Translations under genes and position numbers: made by a program
Notes under the pieces: generated by a model
What the model was told of the DNA's origin: nothing
The model's input: the letters and a program-made list of their open reading frames with translations, nothing else
The model's database searches: none
Source: Convolutriloba macropyga
Lineage: Eukaryota
Length of the DNA stretch: 64,000 nucleotides
Direction: 5' to 3'
Assembly: GCF_964194025.1 (NCBI RefSeq)
Contig: NC_134468.1
Location: forward strand, 3,410,001-3,474,000
Shown: positions 51,191 to 63,620 of the stretch, in pieces
How positions within the stretch are numbered: position 1 is the first letter of the stretch
Layout: each line of letters begins with the position of its first letter

Positions 51191-51306
51191 CTCAAATACG
51201 TTAATCATTAAACCTAGCGCGTGAAAAAAAGCGCAAGAATTTCCTTCAGTCCGTTAAATTTTTCCACTAGCAAATTTACTCTTTCGTTTTTGGATCAGAA
51301 CGCCGC
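51191..51306 (-). other. Candidate small upstream exon (5'UTR plus MINVFE), possibly spliced to paralog A
   Basis: Acceptor tttgtgttcag, strong donor GAG|GTGAGT at 51190; ATG at 51208 gives 6 codons in phase with GTG at 48270. Confidence 0.35.
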
Positions 51307-51795
51307 CTGAACACAAATTTCTTGTGGTAAAAACAAACAAATTTGAATTCATCCACAGAGAAAGAATTCTATTACTATAACTTGAACAATATTTTTGTAA
51401 GCTCGTTCAATCAAAATATAAGGCATCGCCACAACACTAGATCAACAAGTCCCAATTGATAAAAAATTTTACATACTAAAAAATATTAACTCTACATCAA
51501 TGCTCAAATATATTTCCAAACATACAACATTAGATTGTATGTTAAGCTGAAAAAAAACCAAATGAAATACTCGACGTACATTTCATATGCCTGCTAGATA
51601 TCCTCCGCAATTTATTAACTCCAATACAATCGGTCGGTCGATAAGAGCTGAACAAACAAAATAAACTACAACTAATAATTCTTACAAACTCTCAACAACC
51701 AAAACGGTGACTAAATAAATATCACTGAAATTATTTGAAACGAAAGGAAACAGAAAGGAATGGCGACGGATTGAAACATTTTTGCTTAATGTTCT

Positions 51796-53313
51796 TTAAA
51801 CGCTACCATAGGCAGGATCGTATGAATGGTCACTTCCAACAATTTTGGCAATCTTCTCCTTTGCGCCCGGAATGCTGGCCAATACTCGACATGAATCTTT
51901 TAGTACAAGAAACGCTTCCTCAGGTGTTCCAGGTGTGCTGGTCTTTGGATACTGTTGGCTAGTGAGAGGTAACGGATTTAGAACAGCCCTCAGAAACACC
52001 CTATTTTTGCTCTCAATCACCTGCATTATATATTCAGCGTGGCTCAGTTGATCTTTCAAAATGTCTTCGTCAGCTCCAAATATCCTTTCCCTAATTTTCG
52101 GAAGCAAATGAGAAATTTCCAGATTTTCAAATTGGGCAAGAAAATTTTCAACAGCGCAGCAGATTTTCAGGTCTGCTTCATACTTTGCAACAATCCTCAA
52201 CTTGAGTACCAGCAGTGCGACAACGTGCGCCGAAGAGTCGCTCCCTGGGTGACTTTCTAATAACAGCGAAGGATTCTCAAATCTATTTTGATTTGTGAAC
52301 CACAACCAATCACCTTCTTCACTATTTTCTCTATGACTCCAATCGTGTTCACCGTTTGCATCTTTTGACATCCACCATTTGACAAAATTGTAACAATCGT
52401 CATCTCTCTCCAATTTAATCAAAACAAAGGGAACAGTTTTACGCAGACCCTGAGCGTCCGTGTGGTTCAACCTCAACAACTCTAAGTAGTGGGCTAGACC
52501 TGTCTCATATATATGGTCATAGTCTTCTTCATGGGCCATCTCGAAGTAGGCGTCTGCCACAAAACGCCTAGCATAGCAATAAACTCGTCCAAATACGTTG
52601 CCCCAAACATTCCTAGCATTTTCTCCCTCAAAGGCGTCAACTCCCATCCGCTCAATAGCTTCTGCTCGCTTACTCTCCATCGCACTTTCCATCATTTGAA
52701 TCCCTTCACAATACTCCTTGTGTACACTCCAATACTCTTTCTGGCACTCCCGAGAGCAGAATTTGACCATTTTACAGCCATTGCACAGAAGCAAGACACC
52801 AGAATCACCACAATTGAGATTCTCACTCCTATAATTTTGGCATTGATTGCGGCCATTTCGCAGACTAATATCTTTCCCATTATACAGCGGAAGTTCAGAG
52901 CTAATTCCCACATCTACTTCACAACTACCGTTGCTGTTTGACGCAAATTCAGTTGTTGGAAAAATAGCTTTGATATCAGACAATTTCTTTCCATTGCAGA
53001 GAAAGCGAACCTTGCTGTAAATAGCATCAGTCAGCTCTTCAATCAAAAGAAAATCGGCAACCTTCAATAGACGGAATAGAGATTCAGGATTTTCTGGCAG
53101 TATACTTTCAGAAAACCATGTTTTAACCAACTTCACTTCTTCAATTGTAACAAGAGGCAATTGAAGTGGCGTATCATTGCACAGGTCCAACTTCGAGAGC
53201 ATTGCCGCTATGTTCATACACTTTGCACATTGGTCTTTGGTGAGACGGAACCTCTCGCCTTCGCACGAAACGAAGACTACATGATCTTCGAAGATAACTC
53301 TCTCCTGTTCCAT
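51796..53313 (-). CDS. SKP1-like/zf-MYND/helical-domain fusion protein, paralog B (~505 aa)
   Basis: Colinear with paralog A over its full length (VVFVSCEGERF, LFRLLKVADFL, CNGCKMVKFCSRECQKEYWSVHKEYC, RDDDCYNFVKWW, FLRAVLNP.PL.SQ, GTPEEAF); intact ORF; likely ATG at 53313. Confidence 0.85.
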   Translation of the reverse strand: MEQERVIFEDHVVFVSCEGERFRLTKDQCAKCMNIAAMLSKLDLCNDTPLQLPLVTIEEVKLVKTWFSESILPENPESLFRLLKVADFLLIEELTDAIYSKVRFLCNGKKLSDIKAIFPTTEFASNSNGSCEVDVGISSELPLYNGKDISLRNGRNQCQNYRSENLNCGDSGVLLLCNGCKMVKFCSRECQKEYWSVHKEYCEGIQMMESAMESKRAEAIERMGVDAFEGENARNVWGNVFGRVYCYARRFVADAYFEMAHEEDYDHIYETGLAHYLELLRLNHTDAQGLRKTVPFVLIKLERDDDCYNFVKWWMSKDANGEHDWSHRENSEEGDWLWFTNQNRFENPSLLLESHPGSDSSAHVVALLVLKLRIVAKYEADLKICCAVENFLAQFENLEISHLLPKIRERIFGADEDILKDQLSHAEYIMQVIESKNRVFLRAVLNPLPLTSQQYPKTSTPGTPEEAFLVLKDSCRVLASIPGAKEKIAKIVGSDHSYDPAYGSV

Positions 53314-53999
53314 CTTCAGCCGGAAATCATTTACATCGCATTCAATGTTCAGTGTGAGAATCAAAACTGCCCACAAACAAGTTATAACTAATCACAGCAA
53401 ACTATTTCTCATAATGTCAATCAAAAAAATTCATACAAAGCCACATAAACAAATGCTGCTGATAGGAAGGACAACAAATCTTGAGATGACATGCACAAAA
53501 ACATTCAAGAAAAACAATCTAGACTGTAATAGAAACAGAGAACACATTTCTCGGAACAAAGTTGAAGCAGATTTTGGAAATCGATGGCATCAATACGCTA
53601 ATGAACGTCAATCAAAATTTGAAAATATTTCTCAGAAGATTTTCCGGAGATAATAGATCCTTTTTTGATTTTTTCTATGACAAACAGTTTTCATACAGGC
53701 CGTAAAAAAGCATTTATTGTCTCCGGAAAGTCTTTTCGAAAAATTCGCCTCTAAATGTCCTTTAGACTTTAGGGTCCTCAATTGAAACAAAGTACTCCAA
53801 TCATGTAGAGTCAGAGTAACTATTTTGTCAAAATAATCGCACAAAAATACAAAATTGCTGAAATGAAATATACAGAATTCGATTCCAAAAAAAAGAATTG
53901 ATCAGTTGTAAAACGTTAAGTTTTCGTCGAATTAGAAAAAGGAGCTGCAAAAAAACTACATCGGAGATCAGAGACAGTCCGAGAAAACATCAAAAAAAA

Positions 54000-56900
54000 A
54001 GATTTATTAAACACAGTTGTTACCAACATGATCTGGCCAATTGAAATCAAGCAGAAACTCGGGAATAAGAGAACATGTAGCAAAAGGCATAACACTCATT
54101 CACATGACGAATCCAGTAAACTGGAAATTCAACACAATGCAACTCCCGATGAACATCCGAAAGGCCGTCTTATCTCTAATTACTTCCTGAAACGCTCTCA
54201 CAAAATGGTAAATCAATCAATACATACGCATTTCTTGACAATAGGAACGTTGAATAAATTATGTTAACTACAACTGGGAATACTGTTAACGAAAACACTT
54301 TACTTGGATTTGTAATACGCACCGAAAGTCCGACAACCGAGCTGCACAAGGGTACACACGGATCAAACTCACAACGATGGAATTCTTTCTAGAAAGAGTG
54401 CTCATCTCTAATGAGACGTATAAAATAGAAAATGTTCTTTCTGATATTGAGTTCCCTCAATAGAGGACGGCTCCGAAAAGTCTGTCAAAAATTTAAACAC
54501 AACTAAAATTAAAACATCATATAATAGGTTGTGACAAATTTGACGCTTTACTACACCAAAGAAAATTATTTATGGCCAAACACGGCGAGAGCTATTCAAA
54601 GAGAAATCAGATGTTCATAGTCACAGAAACTGATCTACAATCAGCTGTGACATGCCACTCTAAAAGTGAAATAGAAATCCTACGGTTGACGAACAGACTT
54701 ACTTACAATCTGCTTAATTGCTATAAAGTTGACCATTCAGCATCCAGCAAGGTATTGACAAAGTCAGAAAAAAGCGCACATTAAAAATATTGAGATCAAA
54801 TATCGAGTTCAGAGAAAAAAAAGTTAAAATAGTGGCTTTCAATGGAAGGGTGAACAAAAACTTCAACGGTTAAAAAAATCAAACTCAAAGTGTTCCGCTA
54901 TCCCGAAAACAACATTGCTATGCATACAGGAATCCCGGAACCATTTTTCAAGTTGCATCAGATTATATACAATTGCTATGCAATGAATTCGGTTGTTGGC
55001 ATAGAAAAATTGCCCGAAATTGTATATGGTTGACAAACTCTCCGTGACATCAAAAACATTCAAAAGGTTAAACAACTAATAAGAATCAGTTAAAACTGAC
55101 AATTTGGTCTTATTAAGTTAACAGAAAGTGCCTATTAATGAGCAGTTCATCTGGGAGCTGTAAATTAGTTTTCACTGTGTCACGTTTCTCTAAATCAACG
55201 TAGTCACTTTACAGCTTAACCTAACTTTTACTTTTCAAATGAACTAACTTAGAAATTCTGACACTTTCTTTTGAGGAACAAATTTCATAAGAGTAATTTT
55301 TCGCTTACTGTCTCTAACAATCCCCAGCCTATTTTCGTTTTCTCTTTATCGAAACGAATTGAGAACTAGATGCGATCCCGTACTTTTGTTTCTTCACAAA
55401 TCGAGTCAATTCTTGTTTTGATTGATGGTTCGGTCTACTACAAAGGACTTAACTTTTTCTATTTATAGTTTGCGTTATAAACCAAAACTCAAGGAAATTG
55501 TGATTGCGTCATCTTGGAACTATTTGGACATTCAAGCGAAGCAAAATGTTAGTTAGGAAAGCTGAATAATTAGTTACTCGAACAAAATTTCTATTGATTG
55601 GTTATCAAAACTAAACAAATCAGGAAAATGTCAACTGCGATATCAAGAAATCTAAAAAGATTCAAGGAATCTCAAGTTCTAAGGAATCTCAAAGGACCCG
55701 ATTCGATGCAAACCTTGTTTGGAAACATCTGTCGCTTCACCCAGAGAAAAGTGTCAAAAGCTGCGACAGAAGGCATCTTCGAACAAGTAGGCGTTCGAAC
55801 ACTGGTCTGATATGTCTGAGGTTTCTATGGAAAAAGAGGAGCGATTAGTTTACAACCAATTGAGGACACAAATCTTCGAAGCAATATGTTTATCATCGTG
55901 CTGCAGTTACGTCATACAGGAAACGGGCGAATGAGAGCATTCAGCAATACCCTTTAGCAGACAAGATTCATTCTACAAGCATGCTCTAACATGTAACAGA
56001 GAAAGTCGAAGATAAAAACCTATTTCGAAGGATCTGAAATGCCTGATGCAACTTGGTTTTAATTTAACCATATGGTCCTCTAATGCTCCAGAACTGATAA
56101 GTCTAATCTCCAAAAAAAATCTGAACTCTACGGAACTAAGCGAATCCTCAACAATTTTTCCTACCTGCCAATTCACAGAAGGCACTGAACAGTTAATACC
56201 AACCACAGAAAACGAGAGAGTCTCAAAAATACAATGATCAGTATAAAAACACTAAAACTTCTCGAAAAGTTAATCTCAAAAACCAAATTTTGCAAAGGCT
56301 TTCTAACAATCTATTAATCCAGTTTGGATCAGTTGAAATATTCATTGTGCAACCTAGAACTCAAGCAAGAGCTCTGGAGACTAAGGAAGCTATGCGATAA
56401 CGCAACAATTTTGAGTCCCATTTGAAAGGGCGAACGACGAAAAAATGAAAACACTCCAACCATCGAAAAATATTTCCTTCTCTTTTTCAAAGAGAAAATT
56501 GCAACGAAAGAATTCACTTTGCGCATCTTCTGTGAAACTCCCCTCAAAATACCGCTCACCGTAGCATATCTGAACAGTACACCAAATATATTATTTCAAC
56601 CATCTTCATTTTGGGAAAAGCAGAAGTTGCCCATATTTGTCAGCAGATTATACACCTAAACTGGAAATTAGGTGGATTAAACTGGATTATACACCTAAAA
56701 ACCGACAGCTCAACATTACAGTGGATCTACAACTAAAAAGAAAGATGCATAAAACATCTTGCCAATAATTGCAGAAATTCTCGAAAACTGCTCAAAGTCA
56801 CACAGATGACATGTACCAGGAGTTTTAAATCCAGCAGGCGGTGATTCTAGAGACTGAAAGTAGGGCCAATTTCAATTCTAAACGAAATGCCGCCTGATTA

Positions 56901-59900
56901 ATCGTCCCCAGTTTCTTAAAAAGTAGCCAACCAAATTGCCTCCAAAAAAGTTCCCAATTGCCGTTTTTTAGAGTATAGGGTTGTCTCTAAAAAAGATGTC
57001 TAGGGACATCTCTGACTGCATGAGATTTGAATTATTTGAAAAAACTCAAAGTTTTTACTTAGTCAGCCCTAGGAGATCCCTATCAAGAAGGACTGGATTG
57101 CCTCTACAAATATCAATTCATCCAAACACGCTCAGAATTGACGGTCTCAGTTTTTCATCACTGAAGGCGGAGCTCTAATAGCAAACGGATATCTATCTTA
57201 CCAATGCAACTGAACTTGATGTACACCTGCAGACTCAAACGTTCTCAGTGACACTAATGACAAAAATATTAACAGTCAAAAAGTACATTCAGGACTCAAC
57301 CACTCCCGATTCATTTTACTGCAAGTTTTGATTGATGGTTCGGTCTACTATAAAGGACTTAACTTTTTCTATTTATAGTTTGCGTTATAAACCAAAACTC
57401 AAGGAAATTGTGATTGCTTCATCTTGGAACTATTTGGACATTCAAGCGAAGCTAAATGTTAGTTAGGAAAGCTGAATAATTAGTTACTCGAACAAAATTT
57501 CTATTGATTGGTTATCAAAACTAAACAAATCAGGATAATGTCAACTGCGATATCAAGAAATCTAAAAGGATTCTCAAGGAATCTCAAGTTCTAAGGAATC
57601 TCAAAGGACCCGATTCGATGCAAATCTTGTTTGGAAACATCTGTCGCTTCACCCAGGGAAAAGTGTAAAAAGCTGCGACAGAAGGCATCTTCGAACAAGT
57701 AGGCGTTCGAACACTGGTCTGCTATGTCTGAGGTTTCCATGGAAAAAGAGGAGCGATTAGTTTGCAACCAATTTAGGAGACAAATCTTTGAAGCAATATG
57801 TTTATCAACGTGCTGCAATTACGTCATACAGGAAACAGCAAAGAAGAGCATTCAGCAATACCCTTTAGCAGACAAGATTCTTTCTACAAGCATGCTCTTT
57901 ATCATGCAACAGAGAAAGTCAGAGATAAAAACCTATTTCGAAGGATCTGAAATGCCTGATGCAACTTGGTTTTAATTTAACCATATGGTCTCCTAATGCT
58001 CCAGAAGTCATAAGTCTAATCCCCAAGAAAAATCTGAACTCTACGGAACTGAGCAAATCCTCAATAATTTTTCCTACCTGCCAATTCACAGAAGGCACTG
58101 AACAGTTAATACCAACCACAGATAACGAGAGAGTCTCAAAAATACAATGATCAGTATAAAAACACTAAAACTTCTCGAAAAGTTAATCTCAAAAACCAAA
58201 TTTTGCAAAGGCTTTCCAACCATCTATTAATCCAGTTTGGATCAGTTGAAATCTTCATTGTGCAAAATAGAACTCAAGCAAGAGCTCTGGAGACTAAGGA
58301 AGCCATGCGATAACGCAACAATTTTGAGTCCCATTTGAAAGGGCGAACGACCAAAAATTGAAAACACTCCAACCATCGAAAAATATTTCCTTCTCTTTTT
58401 CAAAGAGGAAATTGCAACGAAAGAATCCACTTTGCGCATCTTCTGTGATACTCCGCTCAAAATACCGCTCACCGTAGCATATCTGAACAGTACACCAATT
58501 ATATTATTTCAACCATCTTTATTTTGGGAAAAGCAGAAGTTGCCCACATTTGTCAGCAGATTATACACCTAAACTGGAAATTAGGTGGATTAAACTGGAT
58601 TATACACCTAAAAACCGACAGCTCAACAATACAGTGGATCTACAACTATAAAGAAAGATGCATAAAGCATCTTGCCAATAATTGCAGAAATTCTCGAAAA
58701 CTGCTCAAAGTCACACAGATGACATGTACCAGGAGTTTTAAATCCAGCAGGCGGTGGATCTAGAGACTGAAAGTAGGGCCATTTGCAATTCTAAATCAAA
58801 TGCCGCTGGATTAATGGTCCCCAGTTTCTTAAAAAGTTACCAACCAAATGGCCTTCAAAAAAGTTCCCAATTGCCGTTTGTCAGAGTATAGGATTGTCTC
58901 TAAAAAAGATGTCTAGGGACATCTCTGACTGCAAGAGATTTGAATTATTTGAAAAAAACTGAAAGTTTTTACTTAGTCAGCCCTAGGAGATCTCTATCAA
59001 GAAGGACTGGATTGCCTTTGCAAACTCATCCAAACACGCTCAGAATTGAAGGTCTTAGTTTTTATCACTGAAGGCGGAGCTCTAACAGCAAACGGATATC
59101 TATCTTACCAATGCAACTGAGCTTGATGTACAACTGCAGACTCAAACGTTCTCAGTGACACTTATGGCAAAAATATTAACAGTCAAAAAGTACATTCAGG
59201 ATTCGACCGTTTCATTTTACTGCAAGCTTTCAGCGTGATATGTTTACTTAACGAACAATCATTATTCAATGTTTTGATTGGCGATAAAAAAGGTAGCAAT
59301 TCCACTCCTGATTGTGTCTCACTCAAACTTCAGAATAAAATGTAATACGTGCCTCGAAAAAAAGACCAGCGAAGACGTATGTCCGAAACAATACGCCTGT
59401 TTCAAAACGAAAGCAGTCCAAGCTCAAGCTATATCCCAACAGTTCCGGACAAGAAGCTCATACCATAAATGTCTAAGATAACAAAACGAATAGCGAACCA
59501 AAACCTCTGAAAGTGGGTCACCTAGTATTGATATTAAAGACATGACAAAAAGGTATTTGGCCCGTCCAACTAGTTAAGAGTTGCTTAAAAGAGAACCGCT
59601 TAATAAAAAGTTACCAGATTATTGAAAACGCTTGAAGAATCAACAGCAAGTTTGTTTTCGTTACCCCAAAAAACACCAAAACGAGGAGGGAGACTGTTAC
59701 CAACATGATTGAGAATTGAATGGACAATAGAACTCACAGAAAAATCAGCAAAGACAACAAAAGGGCCAAAAACACACATAATCGTAACTATACTTCGGCT
59801 CAAAAGCTCTGATTCAGTTTCAACATATATTGTTACTATTTTTCTAACTGAAAACTGGTCTTCGCCAAAAAAGTCACACTTCAGCGTGAAAATCAGATGC

Positions 59901-60850
59901 TGGTTCAGTTTGAAAACCATTTTTCGACTTCTCCAAAAAGATGAAGCTGAAGACTTAATTTCACTTCCTTATAAGGGACATGTTTTTAAAAAGATAAACG
60001 CTAGACTTCAGGTAAAATTATCAGAATTGAAGAATCAAAAGAAACCAGAAAATACAAGCAAAATTGAAAACAAACAGCCAAGGATTGTCCCCATGAACAC
60101 AACAAGGTTTGAAACACAGATTCAAAAGAAGGAGAAGTAAAGACAGCTTTTCAAGTCCCATAACAAAATAAAAGCTAAAGCCTGTGCATTAGTTATACAC
60201 CGATAAATTAAAAACCTACTAAGAATTAACAACAAATTAAACAACCACAAAAGACCGTTGTTCATGTCTACAATTTTATTTTGCTAAACCTTGACAGATT
60301 TTGATTAATTTCCATAGCAGGGCTATGGTAAAGACAAAATTTATATAAAAATCTCATAATACACTAAGTTCCCAAAATCTATACAATTTCTCCCTATAAG
60401 TTATATTAAACTACTCTCGAGTTCTGTAAGTTTTCTTTCACAAATACAGTAAAAAAAATTGCCGGAAAAACATCGCCGTTGATCCCACTGGCCGGCGTTG
60501 GTGTTGAATCAGTTAAAGAAAAAGGGGAGGCTAATCAGCTTATTAATAGCAACATTTAGCAGTATACTTGAATGAACTTCGATAATTTAATTCACTGTCA
60601 TTAATATTAAGTCTTATAGACTTTTTTTTACTTATCCCGTCACTTGATTTCGCTATTTGACCTTGAACGCATTGGCGTCAGAAGTCAAACTTGAAAGTCG
60701 CACATTATGCAATACGAAAGACGTGATCGAAGGGTAAAACAATTTAAAAAAGGTATGAACTCAAAATTTCAGTCGGTTAAAACCAAGGAATTAAGTGAGA
60801 AGTCAAACGCAGTGACTAATTTAAAACGTATAAAAAACGAATATAACAGG
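54000..60850 (+). mobile_element. Heavily degenerate BEL/Pao LTR retrotransposon internal region (RT, RNase H/A17, integrase remnants)
   Basis: Fragments GPDSMQTLFGNICRF...EGIFEQVGV (GPDL..LFG.L.RF..DIE.MFLQV), IFEAICLSTCCNYVIQ (FGA.SSP..ANY), GFNLTIWSSN, LRIFCD, TDSSTIQWI, HVPGVLNPA and RWINGPQFL; outer limits approximate; no LTRs recognised. Confidence 0.75.
55415..59226. repeat. Direct tandem duplication, period 1910 bp
   Basis: gttttgattgatggttcggtctacta at 55415 and 57325; both copies end ttcattttactgcaag; highly similar but not identical. Confidence 0.95.
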
Positions 60851-61681
60851 AGAACTTCTGAAATACAATCCAAAGAACAGAATAAACAAACACCCTTCAA
60901 AACATTCAAATAAAGCATCGAGCGCACATAAATGAAAGTAATCGAAAAGAACAGAGAAAAATGCTTTAAAATGGAAAAAACATATGTGGAAAGGGATCGG
61001 TGTCAGAACTACCAAAAGGAAGCAATACAAGAAACCATTCGCATTGCGGAACAGACAAAACTAGAGGCAAACTGATAGTTTTCAGGCAACGAAAAACCAA
61101 TGAGAATTGATACAGATAAAATACAGAAATAAAGAGAAATCTGACCAAAAGGAACATTTTCAAAAACTGTCACGAAAATGATTAAAAGCACATTGCTACT
61201 TTGAAATGATTGAAATTAACAAAAAACATGACATATTACAATAACTCAACTCCAAAATAGAAAATATTCAACAATCATTTTTTAAAAAATGTATCCACGT
61301 CAATAGAAACTTCAGCTACAACTAAAACAAATCATTGGAAAACAAATTGCAGCATAGAAAGGGAGATGAGATCTGTCTTCATTGACAAAAACAATAATGG
61401 GTGACATTGAAAAATTCAAAAAATAATTGCGAAAACAATTAGTGTCAAATCACAAGAACCAAACGATATCAACTGGCTCATTAGATGGGTCACGTACGTC
61501 CCATTAGAAAGCCAAATCGACCTGCCTGTGATGAAACTAAATCCTAAAACCATAAAAACACAAAACGGCCAAACAAAAACAAATAAATTTTTATGAAAAC
61601 GCAGACAAAATGCAAGCCAAATAAAAATTTCATTTTGTCCGTTTGGAACAAAAGAAAACCAATGGAAGATAGAACAAAACA

Positions 61682-61860
61682 AGCATAGCAGACTAATGCC
61701 GGGCGAATAGCTCTCAAACGACAATCCTGCGGCTTCGTCAGTAGCTAGCGATGGTTTAGGTAAGCTGGCTTTAACTTTATTGAAGGGCGTGTGAGGTGAG
61801 CGCGGCCGGCGGGCATTGCTGTTTTTGAGGACGAAAAGTCAAAAGGGTCGGACGAAAAGA
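61682..61860 (-). mobile_element. Truncated HINE
   Basis: catagcagactaatgccgggcgaatagctctcaaacg end and the family-internal gtttttgaggacgaaaagtcaaaag motif. Confidence 0.55.
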
Positions 61861-63449
61861 ACAACAAATACGGGCAAAACTAAAAATCCACTAATTTGAT
61901 AAAGTCACAAAAAAAATTCCATGAACTCATACCATTAAATACTTTTATTTCTACCTCATTAGAAAACCAAAAATAAATGTCATAGTCAATCGCTAGAAAA
62001 AATAATAAAAGCAACAAATTCGGGTAAAACTCAAAAAATTACTCAAAAAAACTACAGGGGGACCCAGGGAACGAATTCATCAGTCACTAAAAATTAGAGG
62101 CAGAGAATATAGCTTGAAACATGGAACTTAGACTTACTGAAGGTAAAAGTCTACTTTTTTGCCATAAACTTAGGAGGGCAAAAAATAGACTTAGTTAGAA
62201 ATCTAACTTTTGACACTTGCAATTAAACCGCTATAAAAACTCGGCTGCTTCGCTATCGGAGACTGAGACATTTAGTTTATTTCAACTCTTGTATATTTTA
62301 AGAAGAAAACTTAGAACTTGGAACTCTTGTACTCTTAAATTCAATTTCAAATGAATTTGAGCACTTTCGTACCCTTCGGTTTTCTAAATACAATAGAATG
62401 AAATCTTAGCCCCCCTCGGGCGGCTAAGTATATGTTCTAACATATACTTAGCTGCCCATTGAGGGGTACACGAAATTGCATCTGTACACCATTAGAACAC
62501 ATGGGTGAAAATTAGTAGCATTCGTAGAAAAATTAGTCAACCAAATGGCAGTTCTGTCACTTCGGGCAGTTATTTAGCACTAAATATTACACACTCAAAA
62601 TTCTTCAACAGAATACCTAAATTTTAAATGGATGTGTGTCACTCTTTCTGTTCATCAAACTCACATTCTCTCAAAAAGACTTCTAGTCATAGCAAATAGA
62701 TTTTCAAATTATTCTTGACGATTTCGGTACGTAAAAGACTACACACTCCACAAACCGGGACATATTGAACATAAATCATAAACTGGAATTAGGTCTCAAT
62801 TTCAACGACAATTCCGACTAGTTAAAGCAAACGATGACTAGCTTAATATCATTTCTTTGCCATGTATCTCGAAAAACAAAGCCTCGCTAAGCTATTCAAC
62901 TTTTAAATATCCAAGAAAGAGTGGCAAGCAGGAACCAAGAAAGACCTATACCAGGCTGACAACCACCATCTAGCCTTGCTTTCCACTTTCATAACATTCC
63001 ACCTTTTAATAAGTTCTTGTTAACAAGTTATTTCAAAGAATATTGCGATATGGAAATTGCTTCTCACGTTAGTACTGAAGAAAGATAGAGCTGAAGCTCA
63101 GACTCAATCTCTGTATTTCAAATTGAAGCTCCGACTCAATCTGTATTTCAAATTACATAACTTCTGAAACATACAAGTACATCGAAAACAGCTCATTTGC
63201 CTCGATGCCAAAATTAATCAGAAACGGAAACAACAAAAGCAGAGGCTTGATGCAACTTTTATTCTATTCAATTTTATTAAATAGTAAACACTATCAAACA
63301 CCATAAGACTGGTCTGAAATTCTTATAATTGATATGTGAAGTCGTACTGATCCCAATACTAATCAAAGTGCCTAACTTGTCAGAATCAGAGTCCAAAGCA
63401 TGGCGACAATGATGTTCAAAATGGATACCACCATTACTATGAAAGAGTT

Positions 63450-63620
63450 GGATCCTTTCCGCTTGTGCCCCCAGTACGCTATGCACCCCCCAAGTTACAG
63501 AGCACGTGCCATTACATAGTAAATCATTATGTAAAAATATGGCACGTGCGTCTGTGGGCGCAAATAATATGCACCAACTAAGCTGGGGGGGGGGGGGGGG
63601 GGCACAAACGGAAAAGATCC
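63450..63620. mobile_element. 171-bp MITE (GGATC TIR family); related copies at ~36085-36222 and ~1346-1460
   Basis: ggatcctttccgcttgtgccccc ... gggggcacaaacggaaaagatcc, flanked by aaagagtt/aaagaatt (8-bp TSD, 1 mismatch); internal palindromic gcacgtgcca...tggcacgtgc. Confidence 0.8.

Noticed and set aside
59709-60140. 143-aa ORF as a host gene
   Set aside because: Lies in the position of the degenerate BEL/Pao integrase and shows no independent domain signal
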